Source of the DNA: Squalus acanthias
Lineage: Eukaryota
DNA length: 64,000 bases
Direction: 5' to 3'
Assembly (NCBI GenBank): GCA_030390025.1
Contig: JASTWF010000331.1
Span: forward strand, 248,001-312,000
In this document: positions 51,797-64,000 of the stretch, one piece after another
Layout of the letters: each line of letters opens with the position of its first letter
Position numbering within the stretch: position 1 is the stretch's first letter
The notes under the pieces: generated by a model
What the model was told of the DNA's origin: nothing
Database searches by the model: none
Seen by the model: only the letters and a program-made list of their open reading frames with translations
Made by a program: the position numbers and the translations under genes

Positions 51797-52196
51797 GTAA
51801 GTGAATATAACCATTGAAGTTGTGTAAATCTGTTAATGAGCTGGTTTTGCTCTGTGACTGATAATGTTACATGCTGGTCTCGGGGAAAAGGAAGGGACAG
51901 GGTACTGAATTTGGATGATCAGCCATGATCTCATTGAATGGCGGAGCAGGCTCGAGGGGCCGAATGGCCTACTCCTGCTCCTATCTTCTATGTTTCTATG
52001 TTTTACAGGCACCCGATCAGTGATATATTTTCGTTAAAGTCCTGAATTCACCTCTGTGCTCTAATTTCATTGCCTCACATGAGAATAAAGCATTGTTTTG
52101 CAGGTCACCGGCTCGCTGAATTATCAATTCGCTGCCTTTAGTGGAATATCGTGTCCTATTGAATCAGTCTTAATGCAGGCAACTCTCTGAGAGAAG

Positions 52197-52830
52197 GTAT
52201 TAATGGGAGTATTTTTCACTTTAGAACTGTACTGAGTGTGGGGCACTAACCGGAGTGGAACACCTGACCACAATGGTCATGTATTACTGGGAGTATCTGT
52301 CACTGTAGAACTCTACTGAGTGTGGGTCACTAACCGGAGTGGAACACCTAACCCCAGTGGCCGTGTATTACTGGGAGTATCTGTCACTGTAGAATTGTAC
52401 TGAGTGTGGGTCACTAACCGGAGTTGAACACCTGACCCCAGTGGCCATGTATTACTGGGAGTATCTGTCACTGTAGAATTCTACTGAGTGTGGGTCACTA
52501 ACTGGAGTGGAACACCTGACCCCAGTGGCCATGTATTACTGGGAGTATCTGTCACTGTAGAATTGTACAGAGTGTGGGTCACTAACTGGAGTGGAACACC
52601 TGACCCCAGTGGACGTGTATTACTGGGAATATCTGTCACTGTAGAATTGTACTGAGTCTGGGTCACTAACCGGAGTGAAACACCTGACCCCAGTGGCCAT
52701 GTATTACTGGGAGTATCTCTCACTGTAGAATTGTACTGAGTGTGGGTCACTGACCGGAGTGGAACATTGACCCCAGTGGCCATGTATTACTGGGAGTATC
52801 TGTCACTGTAGAATTGTACTGAGTGTGGGC
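52197..52830. repeat. 84-bp intronic minisatellite, ~7.5 copies
   Basis: GTATTACTGGGAGTATCTGTCACTGTAGAA recurs at 52281, 52365, 52449, etc. Confidence 0.95.
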
Positions 52831-53569
52831 CACTTATTGAAATGGAACAGGCCGGTTCTATTTTGAAATCATTGTTTGTGGTGACAGATCTCTCCACTCC
52901 ATGAAATTGCCTTTCGTGTTTTACTGATGTAATCGATGGCAGATTGGAATATTTTTGCTGTTGGTTGAAGATGTTTCTGAATATGCGTATAAAGAAAAAT
53001 GCATTGATGTTGTTCTGTTTACTGTTGAACTGCACCAACACAGACGGGTGTGAACTATTTCTGAAATGCAAACAGTAGTACAGTACATTTACATTGTATA
53101 CATTTTCTGTAAATGATTTTTTCTTACTGTGAGTATAGTTACTGTAAAAACTTTTGTTGTATTGAGGCTGATTAATTCACTTCCAGTACACGGCGTGAGA
53201 ATCTGTGGGACATGAATTTTATTATCTTGATAATACACAGGAAGAATTTTGGGCTGTGGTTATTGATTATCCACTTCTGTACATGATTAACGATTGAAGA
53301 ACCAGTTCTTATCTATGATTCAGAGTCTCCACACAGGTAACTTGCACCGATCTCTGCCTTTAGCTAAGTGAGGTGTGTCCCTGAGAGGAGAGTCACATAT
53401 ATCTGAAGAACATACATATCCGGTTTTCATAATGCAGAGATCAGTCCGGGGCAGTTAATAATAACATTAATAATGAAATAATAGTGCATTGCTTTAATAC
53501 ATAAATTACTTCAATATCTGCAATGTTGTGAATAAAATGATGACTGTGATTAATTAACACTTATGTTAC

Positions 53570-54960
53570 AAAGAATTACATAGAATTTACAGCAAATAAA
53601 CTGGCCATTCGGTCCAACTAGTTTATGTCTGATTTATGCTCCACACGGGCCTTTCCCCATCCCAGCCCCTCTCACCCTATCAGCATATCCTTCTATTCCT
53701 TTCTCCCGCAAGCACTTGTCTATCTTCTCCTTAATTGCATCTATGTTGTTCACTTCAGTTATTCCATGTTGTAACAAGTTCCACATTCTAACCACTCTCT
53801 GAGTAAAGACATTTCTTCTGAATTCATTATTGGATTTGGTTGCTGATTATATTATATCAATAAACTCATGATCTGTCTCTCTCCCAAGTGGAAATAATTG
53901 CTCTACGTCTATCCCATCAAACGCCTTCATCCATTCAAATGCCTCTACTACGTCACACCCTCAGAATTCTCTTATCTATAGAAAAGAGAGCCAGGCTCTT
54001 CAATCTTTCCTGACAGTTATAATCTCTCAGTTCTGGTGTCATCCTTGTACAATATGTGCACCTTCTGCAGTGCCTGGATATCCTTTTTGTAATATGGAGT
54101 CCAGACTGAACACAGTACGCTAAGTGAGGTATAAGCAAGGTTCTATATAAGTTTAATATAACCTTTTTGCTTTTCGAGTCTATTCCTCTAGAAATGAAAC
54201 CCAGTGGTTTGTTTGCATTTTATGGCCTTGTTAACCTGCGTGGCTATTTCAGATGTTTTGTGAATCTGTACCCATGAAACCTTTTGCCATCTATCCCATT
54301 CAGACTCTTCTTTTCCAAGGATTAGTTGAGTACATCATTCTTCCAACCAAAATACAGCACCTCACACTTAGCTATATTAAAATTAATTTTCCATTTAAAC
54401 GCCCATTCTGCAAGTTAATGTAAATGGTGAACAACAGTGGTCCCAGCGCCGATCCTTGTGGAACAACACTTCTCACCTTCCGCCAACCTGAGTAAATACC
54501 TTTTGCCCCTGATCCCAGTTTTCTCTTTGTGTAGCCAGCTTGCTATCCATTCTGATGCTTGGCCCCTAACTCCACTTGCTCTGAGATTAGTCATGAGTTT
54601 GCTATGTGGTACCTTAACGATGGCCTTAAGAAAGTCAACGCATATTACATCTACTGCGTTAAACTGCTCTATAGTGCATTGGAATTCGTCAATCTTCTGT
54701 TTTAAATACAGGAAGAACAGTAGCTGTCCGATAGTCCACTGGCAGTATTCCCTTTTCTAATGATTTTTTTACCAATATATAATAGACCTTCCGCTACCTT
54801 TTGTTTATCTGTTTTAGTCTGTGTGGATACAATCCCTCTGAACCAGAGGTTTTATCCTCTCTTTGATCACTTCATCAATTATCCCCCCTTCTACCTTAAA
54901 TATATTTTAGTTGTTTGATGAATGTATTCAATTATTATTTGACAGTTTAGTTTCCCTCCT
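53570..54960 (-). mobile_element. Degenerate CR1-like LINE fragment in GPCR intron
   Basis: LIPHLAYCVQSG..TRMTPEL; tail ACATAGAATTTACAGC. Confidence 0.75.
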
Positions 54961-55436
54961 CACAGACATCTTTCCCTTCTACAGGCTCTGAATAATCATC
55001 CAAAGATTCATTATGACCCTACTGTCCCACAAAACGCGTGAATTATTTCCTTCTGAGGTCGCAGCCACGCTCCAGATGTCCATTTATATTCCTGCCCATG
55101 TCAGTCCGCCTATCTCCAGTACAATGTCCAGTAAACACGAGCTGTCCTTAAACTCACAGCGGATGAGACTTCGCCTGACAGACATCAAGAGGTCGTTGTC
55201 CGGCCAGTTTCTCTCCACCGTCTCCAGCTGGTACATTCCGAGGGCCCCATTTGCAATTTATTAGTTTGTTTCCATTCAGGCGACATTCCCACTGTAACTC
55301 CTACCCCCTCACCGGCCCTCGGCTGGGAATGAAAACAACCGCTGGTTCCTGATCCTGACCCCCGTGCAGTGCCCCTGCTGCAAAGTACAGGAGCGTGGAC
55401 CTCGGGTATGAATATTGGGATAACCCCACACTCAAA

Positions 55437-56832
55437 TGGTGTCGCTATGGGAGCCCGGATGGGTCCTAGCTAGGCTGCCTTTTCGTGGGATACGTGGAGC
55501 ATTTGAGTTCCCAATCCTACTCAGGTCCCCTCCTTCACATATTTTTTCCGGTACTTTGATGACTGTGTTGGTGCCATTTCCTTCTTTCGCTCTGAACTTG
55601 TAAATTTAACAAACTTTGCTTCTGATTTTTGCCCCTCCCTCGCCTTCGCATGTTCCATTTTCCACATCAGTGCTTCGGAAATGTCTTCCTTGTTCCTCAG
55701 CCAAGGATTCCCATCCACTGTGCTAGATAGGTTCCTCGGACATGTCAATCCCATTTTCCACCTTACTGCCATCAGCCATTTCCCTCCCACGATAGGTTTC
55801 CCCTGTCCCCACCTTCCAGTCCTCCCACTTCCACATTGAACGGATCATCCTGCGCCATTACTGCACAGCGAGCTAAGGCCCCCACAAAACATATCTTCCC
55901 TCCCGTCTTCGCCCCGCGCGGCCCTCTGGTCCACACTTCCAGCAGCCCCAACTTCTGCTCCCGTTCCCCCGGCACCTTCCTATGCCAGCAGGGGAGATGC
56001 AGCACCTTAGTTTTCAGCTCCATCCTACCCACCGTCCAGGGGCTCAATCACTTCTTCCTCGTGAAACAGCGATTTAATTGTACTTCTTCCAGTTCAGTAT
56101 ACTGGATTCGCTGCTCACGATGCAGTCTCCTGTACATTTGGGTTTAATAAACAGAGTTTGGGTGATTGTTTTGCAGGATACCACAACCTGAGCTTCGCTT
56201 GCCAATTGAGTTCTCCATTCCAAGCCAACTCTTACCTCTCTATCGTCGGGCTCCAGGACTGATCCACTGAAACTTAATGAGGAACAGCACCGGATTGATC
56301 ATTAGGCACTTTATTTCCTGCCGGACTCAACACTGAGATTAAAAACTTCAGATTATAACCACAGCTCCCGTTTCATCAGACGGCATGTGCTGGTACTGGA
56401 GATGGCTACACCAGAGCCAGTGGGAGTGGAGGAGGTGCGGGCTGGTGCTTGGGGTGAGGATCCCCTATCTGTACACGGCCGGTGGGCTGGTCCGCACCGC
56501 TTGGGTCTATCCACCTTTCTCTGTCACATTCCCCGACCAGTGGAACTTTCTCCTCTTTGCCAGATTTTACATGCTTCCCTCCCCCTCTGTTATTCTGCTG
56601 TCACCATTTACACCTCCTCTGGACCATCTTCTGTTTATTTAATGTCCCCATTCGCCTAGCACAATCATAACTTACCTCTACCCAACTTTTCTCTGGCTCT
56701 ATCATTGCTTAAAAACCGGTAATCTCTAATATCTTCCAGTTCTGTTGAAAGGTTATCGACCTGACAGGTTAACTCACTCCACAGAGGCAGCCTGACTTGC
56801 TGGGTGCTTCCAGCATTCTCTGTATTTTAACA
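55437..56832 (+). mobile_element. Degenerate Penelope-like element in GPCR intron
   Basis: GVAMGARMGPS, FRYFDDCVGA (RT), VKQRFNCTSSSSVYWIRCSRCSLLYI (GIY-YIG). Decayed hammerhead CTGTTGA-AAGGTTATCGACCT-GACA at ~56742. Collinear with 125-1428. Confidence 0.8.
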
Positions 56833-56875
56833 GATTTGCTGCAGTCTCAGTCATTTGATTTTGCTCAAATACTAA

Positions 56876-57372
56876 GGCCTGGAATTGAGAAGTGGCGAGT
56901 TACGTCGGCGGGGGCGGAGCTTCGAACGAGAAACCCGGAAGTCCAGGTTCCCGCCAGCTGTGGAGATTCAACACGTGGTGTCTTTGTATGGGATTATCTG
57001 TGGGCGGAGATTGTGAGCCGGGGGAATGCACTCCTGCTACTCCTGGCCCACAAGCAGTGCCGTGATGTCACTTACCTTCTCTCCAAAACTTTCTTGCTGG
57101 CCCTTCAGTTGCCGCGATTCAAGAAGCCTGGGAACCCGGCCGGTCACATTTAATCCTGTAATACAGGTTCAACCAGAGACTGATAGCTTCCTAAAAATAT
57201 TTACATTGCCAGCCCCTCTTGGGAGCGGTCGGATGCTGACCCACTGTCCAGCCTCGGTTGAACAGGGAAGCGAGCGGTTTGGAGGCTTGTTCATGACTGA
57301 ATTGAGAATTTTCTAAATTTTAACCTCAGACCCGACCTCAACCCACCCATTTATGCTGCTGAAATCCAGCCC
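56876..57372. mobile_element. MITE-like element (Harbinger-type ends)
   Basis: Ends GGCCTGGAATT / AAATCCAGCCC, flanked by TAA / TTA; GC-rich subtermini. Confidence 0.55.
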
Positions 57373-57446
57373 TTACTGTCTGGGCTCAGACCCGGAGAAT
57401 GTTTGATCAGTAATTTCCAGTCTCTTTTCCCTTTTCTTTTTTACAG

Positions 57447-58458
57447 TGAATTTGCTGGCGAGTGTGATCCTGTCCCGGGGAAAGTGCGGACTCTCCACCT
57501 GCACCACTCGCTACCTGGTGGGCATGGCAACGGCGGATCTACTGGTCATTGTCACTGAGATCATTCTGAACAAGATCTATTATTATTATTTCCCAGTTTC
57601 CATCCTGGACATCACCCCTGTGTGCCGTGTTATCATTGTCCTGTCCTGTGCAGCCACAGACTGTTCTGTCTGGTTCACCGTCACTTTCAGCTTCGATCGA
57701 TTTGTGGCCATTTGTTGCCAGAAGCTGAAAACACATTATTGCACCGGGAAAACTGCGGCTGTGGTTCTGGCAACAACCGGCATTCTGCTCTGTTTAAAAA
57801 ACGCTCCCTTCTACTTTACATATGAACCTGGAGAGATAATCGACAATGTACCGTGGTTCTGTGATACAATCCCAAGTTACTTTACTGATCCCGGGTGGGT
57901 GAATTTAACCTGGTTTGATACGGTTTTAACCCCATTGCTCCCATTCGCTTTATTTTTTTTGCTCAACGCTCTGACAGTCAGACACATTTTAGTGGCCAGT
58001 CGAGTCCGTAAGGGACTGAGGGGTGAGAGCAAGGGAGAGAATGGCAGAGACCCAGAGATGGAGAGCAGAAGGAAGTCTGTGATTTTACTCTTCACCATAT
58101 CCGGCAGCTTCATACTGCTGTGGTTGGCATATGTTATAAATGTCTTTTATTATAACATTACAGGAACAAATCCGGAATATTATAATAATTCTTTATGGAT
58201 CTTAGATCAAGTCGGAATTAAGCTGGTGAATTTAAGTTGCTGCACAAACACATTTATTTATGGGTTACCCAGTTCAAGTTCACAGAGCAGTTGAAGAGAG
58301 CGGTGAAATATCCGGTTACCTCAATTATTCAATTAATTAAGAATCAGAAATACTCAGCGCAGCCCAGAGGCGGGTCCCAATGTTTCCAGTCCATGAATTT
58401 AATCATTAGCGCCAGACTTCCAACAACTGGATTACACCAGGAATTGCTGGTGATCTGA
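57447..58458 (+). CDS. GPR139-like class A GPCR, main exon (TM1-TM7); frameshift at ~58262-58264, so possibly a pseudogene
   Basis: Polypyrimidine tract + ACAG acceptor at 57446. Motifs MATADLLV (TM2), SVWFTVTFSFDRFVAIC (TM3 DRF), LLPF (TM5), SGSFILLW (TM6), SCCTNTFIY (TM7). The first frame stops at 58294; helix-8-like VTQFKFTEQLK is in the shifted frame ending at 58458. Confidence 0.88.
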
Positions 58459-58864
58459 AAATACAACCAGCGTTGGGGCAAACACTGTCTTTCGAACACA
58501 GCGCTATTTCTGATTGACAGTTCCGGCATTGTCTTTCAGGACAGGACCACGAGCTTTTTGCATTCCGTCTGAGCTCTTCTGTAAAGAGTCAGTTCAGCTA
58601 TTTAGTGCAGCAATTCATTTGCAGCTTCCAGAGTAGCAGCTTCGTCACTAGATAGGCAGACAGAGCTGAGCTGTAGTTTAGAGTATTACATTAAATAGAA
58701 TATACAGCATAGAAACAGGCCATTCAAGTCTGTGCTGGTGTTTATGCTCCACACCAGTCTCCTTCCATTGCAACTGCCTCATCTCAGCCTCACTGCATTT
58801 CTTTCTATTCCCTTTTCCTTCATGTACTGAAAGGAGGGAGACAGAAAGCAGGAAACGATAAGAC

Positions 58865-59840
58865 ATTTAGCCTAACATTTCTCATTCGGAAAATGTTGGA
58901 ATCCATTATTAAGGAAGTAATAGCAGGACATTTGAAAATGATGATACAATCAAGCAGAGTCAACATAGTTTTATGAAAGGGAAATCGTGTTTGAAAAATT
59001 TACTAGAGTTCTTTGAGGGTGAAACGAGCAGAGTGGATAAAGGGGAACCAATGGGTGTGGTGTATTTGGATAAAGGGGAACCAATAGGTGTGATGTAATT
59101 GGATAAAGGGAACCAATAGGTGTGATGTAATTGGATAAAGGGGAACCAATGGGTGTGGTGTATTTGGATAAAGGGGAACCAAAGGGTGTGGTGCATTTGG
59201 ATAAAGGGGAACCAAGAGGTGTGTTGTATTTGGATAAAGGGGAACCAATAGGTGTGGTGTATTTGGATAAAGGTGAACCAATGAGTGTGGTGTATTTGGA
59301 TAAAGGGGAACCAATAGGTGTGGTGCATTTAGATAAAGGGGACCCAATGGGTGTTGTGTATTTGGATAAAGAGGGACCAATAGCTGTGCTGTATTTGGAT
59401 AAAGAGGAACCAATAGCTGTGGTGTATTTGGATAAAAGGGAACCAATAGGTGTGCTGTATTTGGATAAAGGGGAACCAATAGGTGTGATGTAATTGGATA
59501 AAGGGGAACCAATAGGTGTGGTGTATTTGGATGAAGGGGAACCAATGGGTGTGGTGTATTTGGAGAAAGGGGAACCAATAGGTGTGGTGTATTTGGATAA
59601 AAGCGAACCAATAGGGGTAGTGTGTTTGGATGAAGGGGAACCAATGGGTGTGGTGTATTTGAAAAGAGTGGTGGAGGCAGATTCAATCGTGGCTTTCAAA
59701 AGGGAATTGGATAAGTACGTGAAGGAAAAATTCTCAGAGCTATGGGGACAGGGAAAGGGAGTGGGTCTAGTTGAATTTCTCTTGCAGAGAGCTGGCACGG
59801 GCCCGATGGGTCGAATGGCCTCCTTCTATGCGGTAAATTT
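58865..59840 (+). mobile_element. CR1-like LINE remnant: RT start, 33-bp expansion, then 3' UTR
   Basis: KMLESIIKEVIAGHL, QSQHSFMKGKSCLKNLLEFFE..RVDKGEP; then RVVEADSIVAFKRELDKY and a 3' tail. Confidence 0.85.
59034..59661 (+). repeat. 33-bp minisatellite, ~19 copies (TGGATAAAGGGGAACCAATRGGTGTGGTGTATT)
   Basis: Direct tandem periodicity; translates as DKGEP[MI]GVVYL. Confidence 0.97.
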
Positions 59841-60570
59841 ACATATTTGTATTATTGTCCTTTGCAAGGAAATAGCACTTTACAATGGAATAGATCTTTT
59901 CAATATAACAGTAATTTGCTATTGAATAGCACCTTGCAACTTAATAGTCCTTTGCAATGAAATAGCACCTTGCAATGGAATAGTTCTTTGCAATGGAATA
60001 GCCCTTTACAATGGAATAGTACTTTTCAATATAATAGTCCTTTGCATTTTAATTAGATTTTAAATGGGCTCCACTTGTGTTGCAGGATGGGGTCCCGCCC
60101 CGCTGCTTTGTGCCATTGTCTGGAGCCGCTCACATGATGTGCTGCTGCTCACACATACCCAGGCAGGCAGCACATGGTGCAGGAAGGAAGGGAGGAAGGA
60201 CTGGCGGCTGCAGCTCGCCAGCTCGGCTCCTGTTGTGAGTGAGCGAACGTGGAGCTCAGGACCAAAAGGGGCTGGGGGATTGGAGGGTGTGAAATGCATG
60301 TAGGGGGTGATTGACGCCCCAAGAGATGGGCAGGGAGGGAGAGTGAAAAGAAGCCATTAAAATCAAGAATAAATAATAATAAAAATAACATATGTTCTTT
60401 ACTTCTGTAAAGGAAATGTCTGCATTCTGTGATTTGAGTGGAGTGGAATAAAATGAATGGAAAAATCGCACAGCAGCTTTTGCTCTGAAAACACTCCACA
60501 AACATTCCCCAATAGAGCCCAGTCTAGAAAAACAACAAATGGATTATTCTGAAAATAATAATAAATATAA
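59662..60570 (-). repeat. Inverted segmental copy of ~37640-38515
   Basis: Reverse-complement match across the macrosatellite end, unique flank, 18-bp minisatellite and LINE tail; paralogous ORFs 37534..38070 (+) and 60149..60505 (-). Confidence 0.92.
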
Positions 60571-60891
60571 AATAATAGATGTATTTAAAATGTAGATTAA
60601 ATAATAACAAACTATTACCGTGATTTGATTGAAATGGAAAGGAGGGATTCACATGTGGAAGAATGTTGGTCAGAAGATTTCTTAGTTCATCTGAGAAAAA
60701 AGAAGCAAATAAAAGACAATTAAATTCTGTTCCGCGTATTCTTACTGAGATTTGAATGAATTTTATGCCTGAGTTTCACTGTCTGTATACACAGGAGTGA
60801 AGGATTACATTAAACAAAGATTATAATTTAGATTCGAAAAGATCACCAGGATGAGGGGGTTGTCCCATGAGGAGAGATTGAGTAGACTCGG

Positions 60892-61058
60892 GCAGAGAGA
60901 GAAGAGGACAGACAGAGAGAGAGAGAGAGAGAGAGAGGGACAGACAGAGAGAGAGAGAGAGAGGGACAGAGAGGGAGAGGGACAGAGAGAGAGACAGAGA
61001 GAGGGGGACAGAGAGAGAGGGGGACAGAGAGAGAGGGGGACAGAGAGAGAGAGAGAGG

Positions 61059-61102
<44 letters not shown>

Positions 61103-62063
61103 CAGAGAGAGAGAGAGGGACAGAGAGAGAGGGGGACAGACAGAGAGAGAGAGAGAGGGACAGACACAGAGAGAGAGAGGGACAGAGAGAGAGAGAGAGG
61201 GACAGAGAGAGCGAGAGAGAGAGAGAGATGGACAGAGAGAGAGAGAGAGAGGGACAGAGAGAGAGGGGGACAGAGAGAGAGAGAGAGGGGACAGAGAGAG
61301 AGAAAGAGAGAGAGAGAGAGATGGACAGAGAGAGAGAGAGAGGGACAGAGAGAGAGGGGGACAGACAGAGAGAAAGAGAGAGGGACAGACAGTGAGAGAG
61401 AGAGAGGGACAGAGAGGGAGAGGGACAAAGACGGAGACAGAGAGAGGGGGACAGAGAGAGAGGGGGACAGAGAGAGAGGGGGACAGAGAGAGAGAGAGAG
61501 GGACAGAGAGAGAGAGAGAGAGAGATGGACAGAGAGAGAGAGAGAGAGGGGCAGAGAGAGAGGGTGACAGAGAGAGAGAAAGGGACAGAGAGAGAGCGAG
61601 TGAGAGAGCGACAGAGAGAGAGGGGGACAGAGAGAGAGAGAGAGAGAGAGACAGACGGAAAGGGAGAGAGCGAGGGGACAGAGAGAGAGGGGACAGAGAG
61701 AGAGAGGGGACAGAGAGGGAGAGGGGGACAGAGAGGGAGAGGGGGACAGAGAGGGAGAGGGGGACATAGAGAGAGGGGACAGAGAGAGAGAGAGGGGACA
61801 GAGAGGGAGAGGGGGACAGAGAGGGAGAGGGGGACAGAGAGAGAGGGGGACAGAGAGAGAGAGGGGGACAGAGAGGGAGAGGGGGACAGAGAGGGAGAGG
61901 GGGGCAGAGAGAGAGATGGGGACAGAGAGGGGGACAGAGAAAGAGAGGGGGACATAGAGAGAGAGGGGGACACAGAGAGAGGGTGACAGAGAGAGAGGGG
62001 GACAGAGAGCGAGAGAGACAGAGAGAGGGAGAGGGAGAGGGAGAGGGAGACAGAGACCGAGAG
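60892..62063 (+). repeat. Compound (GA)n / GAGGGACA purine-rich microsatellite, ~1.17 kb
   Basis: Direct inspection; almost no T on the + strand. Confidence 0.98.
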
Positions 62064-62084
62064 AACTAGAGTAGTTTAGAATAG

Positions 62085-63266
62085 TTTAGATGGACTTCAG
62101 TAAGGCTTTTGACAAAGTCCCGCATGGGAGACTGGTCAAGAAGGTAAGAGCCCATGGGATCCAGGGCAATTTGGCACATTGGATCCAAAATTGGCTTAGT
62201 GGCAGGAGGCAGAGGGTAATGTTCGAAGGTTGTTTTTGTGACTGGAAGCCTGTGTCCAGTGGTGTACTGCAGGGATCGGTGCTGGGTCCCTTGCTGTTTG
62301 TAGTGTACATTAATGATTTAGATATGAATGTAGGAGGTATGATCAGTATGTTCGCAGATGACCCGAAACTTCGTGGAGTGGAAAATATCGATGAGGGAAG
62401 CCTCAGGCTACAGGAAGATATAGACGGGTTGGTCAGATGGGCAGAACAGTGGCAAATGGAATTTAAACCTGAAAAGTGTGAGGTGATGCATTTTGGGAAG
62501 ACTAACAAGGCAAGGGACTACACAATGAATGGTAAGACCCGAGGAAGGACAGGAACCTTGGTGTGCATGTACATAGATCCCTGAAGGCAGCAGGAAAGGT
62601 GGATAAGGTGGTTAAGAAGGCATATGGAATAGTTGCCTTCATTAGACGAGGCATAGAATAAAAGAGCAGGGAGGTTATCATGGAGCTGTACAAAACGCTG
62701 GTTAGGCCACAGCTGGAATACTGTGTGCAGTTCTGGCCGCCACACTATAGGAGGGATGTGATTTCATTGGAGAGGGTGCAGAGGAGTTTCACCAGGATGT
62801 TACCTGGTCTGGAGTGCTTCAGCTATGAAGAAAGACTGGGCTATGAAGAGAGACTGGACAGGCTGGGGTTGTTTCCTTAGAGCAGAGAAGGCTGAGGGGG
62901 GACCTGATTGAGGTGTACAAAATTATGAGGGGGCATAGATAGAAATGAACTTTTCCCCTTAGTAGAGGGGTCAATAACCAGGGGCCATAATTTCAAGGCA
63001 AGGGGCAGGAGGTTTCGAGGGGATTTGAGGAAAAACTTTTTCAACCAGACGGTGGTTGGAATCTGGAACTCACTGCCTGAAAGGGTGGTAGAGGCAGGAA
63101 GCAATACTACATTCAAGAAGCATTTAGATGAGTACTTGAAACGCCACAGCATACAAGGCTACGGAACAGGTGCTGGAAAATGAGATTAGGATAGACAGGG
63201 CTTGATGGCCGGCACGGACACGATGGGCCGAAGGGCCTCTTTCTGTGCTGTATAACTCTATGACTC
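62085..63266 (+). mobile_element. CR1-like LINE RT and 3' end
   Basis: MDFSKAFDKVPHGRL..GVLQGSVLGPLLFVVYINDL..FADDPKL; LYKTLVRPQLEYCVQFW; tail TATAACTCTATGACTC. Confidence 0.93.
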
Positions 63267-63525
63267 CGGATTACTACCAGTGGCATGTGCTAGTGAGTAC
63301 AGAAATAGGAAGGTAGAGCAGATGAATGCGTGGCTGGAGAGATGGTGTAGGGGGGGAGTGCTTTAGATTCCTGAGGCATTGGTTCCGTTTCTGGGGAAGG
63401 TGGGACCTCTACAAGCCAGACGGGTTGCACCTCAACGGGAACGGGACCACTCTCCTCTCGGGGAGTTTTGCTAGTGCTGTTGGGGAGGGTTTGAACGAGC
63501 TTGGCAGGGGGATGGGAACCTGAGG
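63264..63525 (+). mobile_element. CR1 ORF1 SGNH-esterase-like fragment
   Basis: SGLLPVACASEYRNRKVEQMNAWLERWC..FRFLRHW..DLYKPDGLHLNGNGT (DxxH motif). Confidence 0.75.
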
Positions 63526-63579
63526 GTAAAATCAGAAGGGAGAAAAGCGAAGCTGGAAATAGACGATAGGGGTTCAGAT

Positions 63580-63870
63580 TGAAGATTAAACTATTACCGT
63601 GATTTGATTTAAATGGAAAGGAGGGATTCACAAGTGGAAGAATGTTGGTCTGAAGATTTCTGGGTTCATCTGAGAAAAATGAAGCAAATACAAGAGAATT
63701 AAAGTCTGTTCTGCATATTCTTACTGAGATTTGAATGAGCTTTAGGCCTGAGTTTCACTGTCTGTGTGCACAAGAGTGAAGGATTCCATCAAACAAAGAT
63801 TATAATTTAGATTCGAATGGATCACTTGGATGAGGGGGTTGTCCCATGAGGAGAGATTGAGTAGACTAGG
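63580..63870 (+). repeat. Direct duplicate of ~60600-60891, continuing into a CR1 3' fragment to 64000
   Basis: AACTATTACCGTGATTTGATT...GGATGAGGGGGTTGTCCCATGAGGAGAGATTGAGTAGACT is present at both sites. Confidence 0.9.
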
Positions 63871-64000
63871 GCTATATTCGCTAGAGTTTAGAAGAATGAG
63901 AGGTGATCTCATTGAAATGTATAAAATTCTTGATGAGCATGACATGGTAAATGCTGAGAGGAAGTTAAAGTTAAACAGAACCTGCTCCAAAGACACAAGA

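Noticed and set aside
58960..59925. Repetitive ORFs (KYTTPIGSPLS, DKGEPIGVVYL) as host proteins
   Set aside because: A 33-bp minisatellite inside a LINE remnant, with in-frame stops in some units.
60805..61986. SL/SP-rich and RE-rich ORFs
   Set aside because: Translations of the GA microsatellite.

Overview
Repeat-rich vertebrate genomic DNA, most likely a cartilaginous fish (shark-like), inferred from the gene and repeat families. It has one 200-N scaffold gap at 39401-39600. Two host genes are supported: (i) the 3' six exons of an NLR-type (ribonuclease-inhibitor-class LRR) gene on + at 5534-7119, built from tandem ~310-bp exon-intron modules; (ii) a two-exon class A GPCR of the GPR139-like type on + (51730-51796 and 57447-~58458) with a 1-nt frameshift just after TM7. 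The rest is mostly repeats. A ~1.8-1.9 kb tandem macrosatellite (7226-19337, plus one more unit at 36414-37880) carries in each full unit a ~220-bp Penelope-derived palindrome with back-to-back hammerhead-like cores. A 15.3-kb 18-bp satellite has a two-nucleotide variable position and higher-order blocks. Also present: a chimeric gag-integrase Gypsy remnant, Penelope-like elements with minimal hammerhead ribozyme motifs, Harbinger-type elements and MITEs, many CR1/L2 LINE fragments, a 33-bp minisatellite derived from LINE RT sequence, and other minisatellites. Most long ORFs in the supplied track are artefacts of repeats. All family assignments come from motif recognition, not database searches, and repeat boundaries are approximate unless a TSD or terminus is cited.
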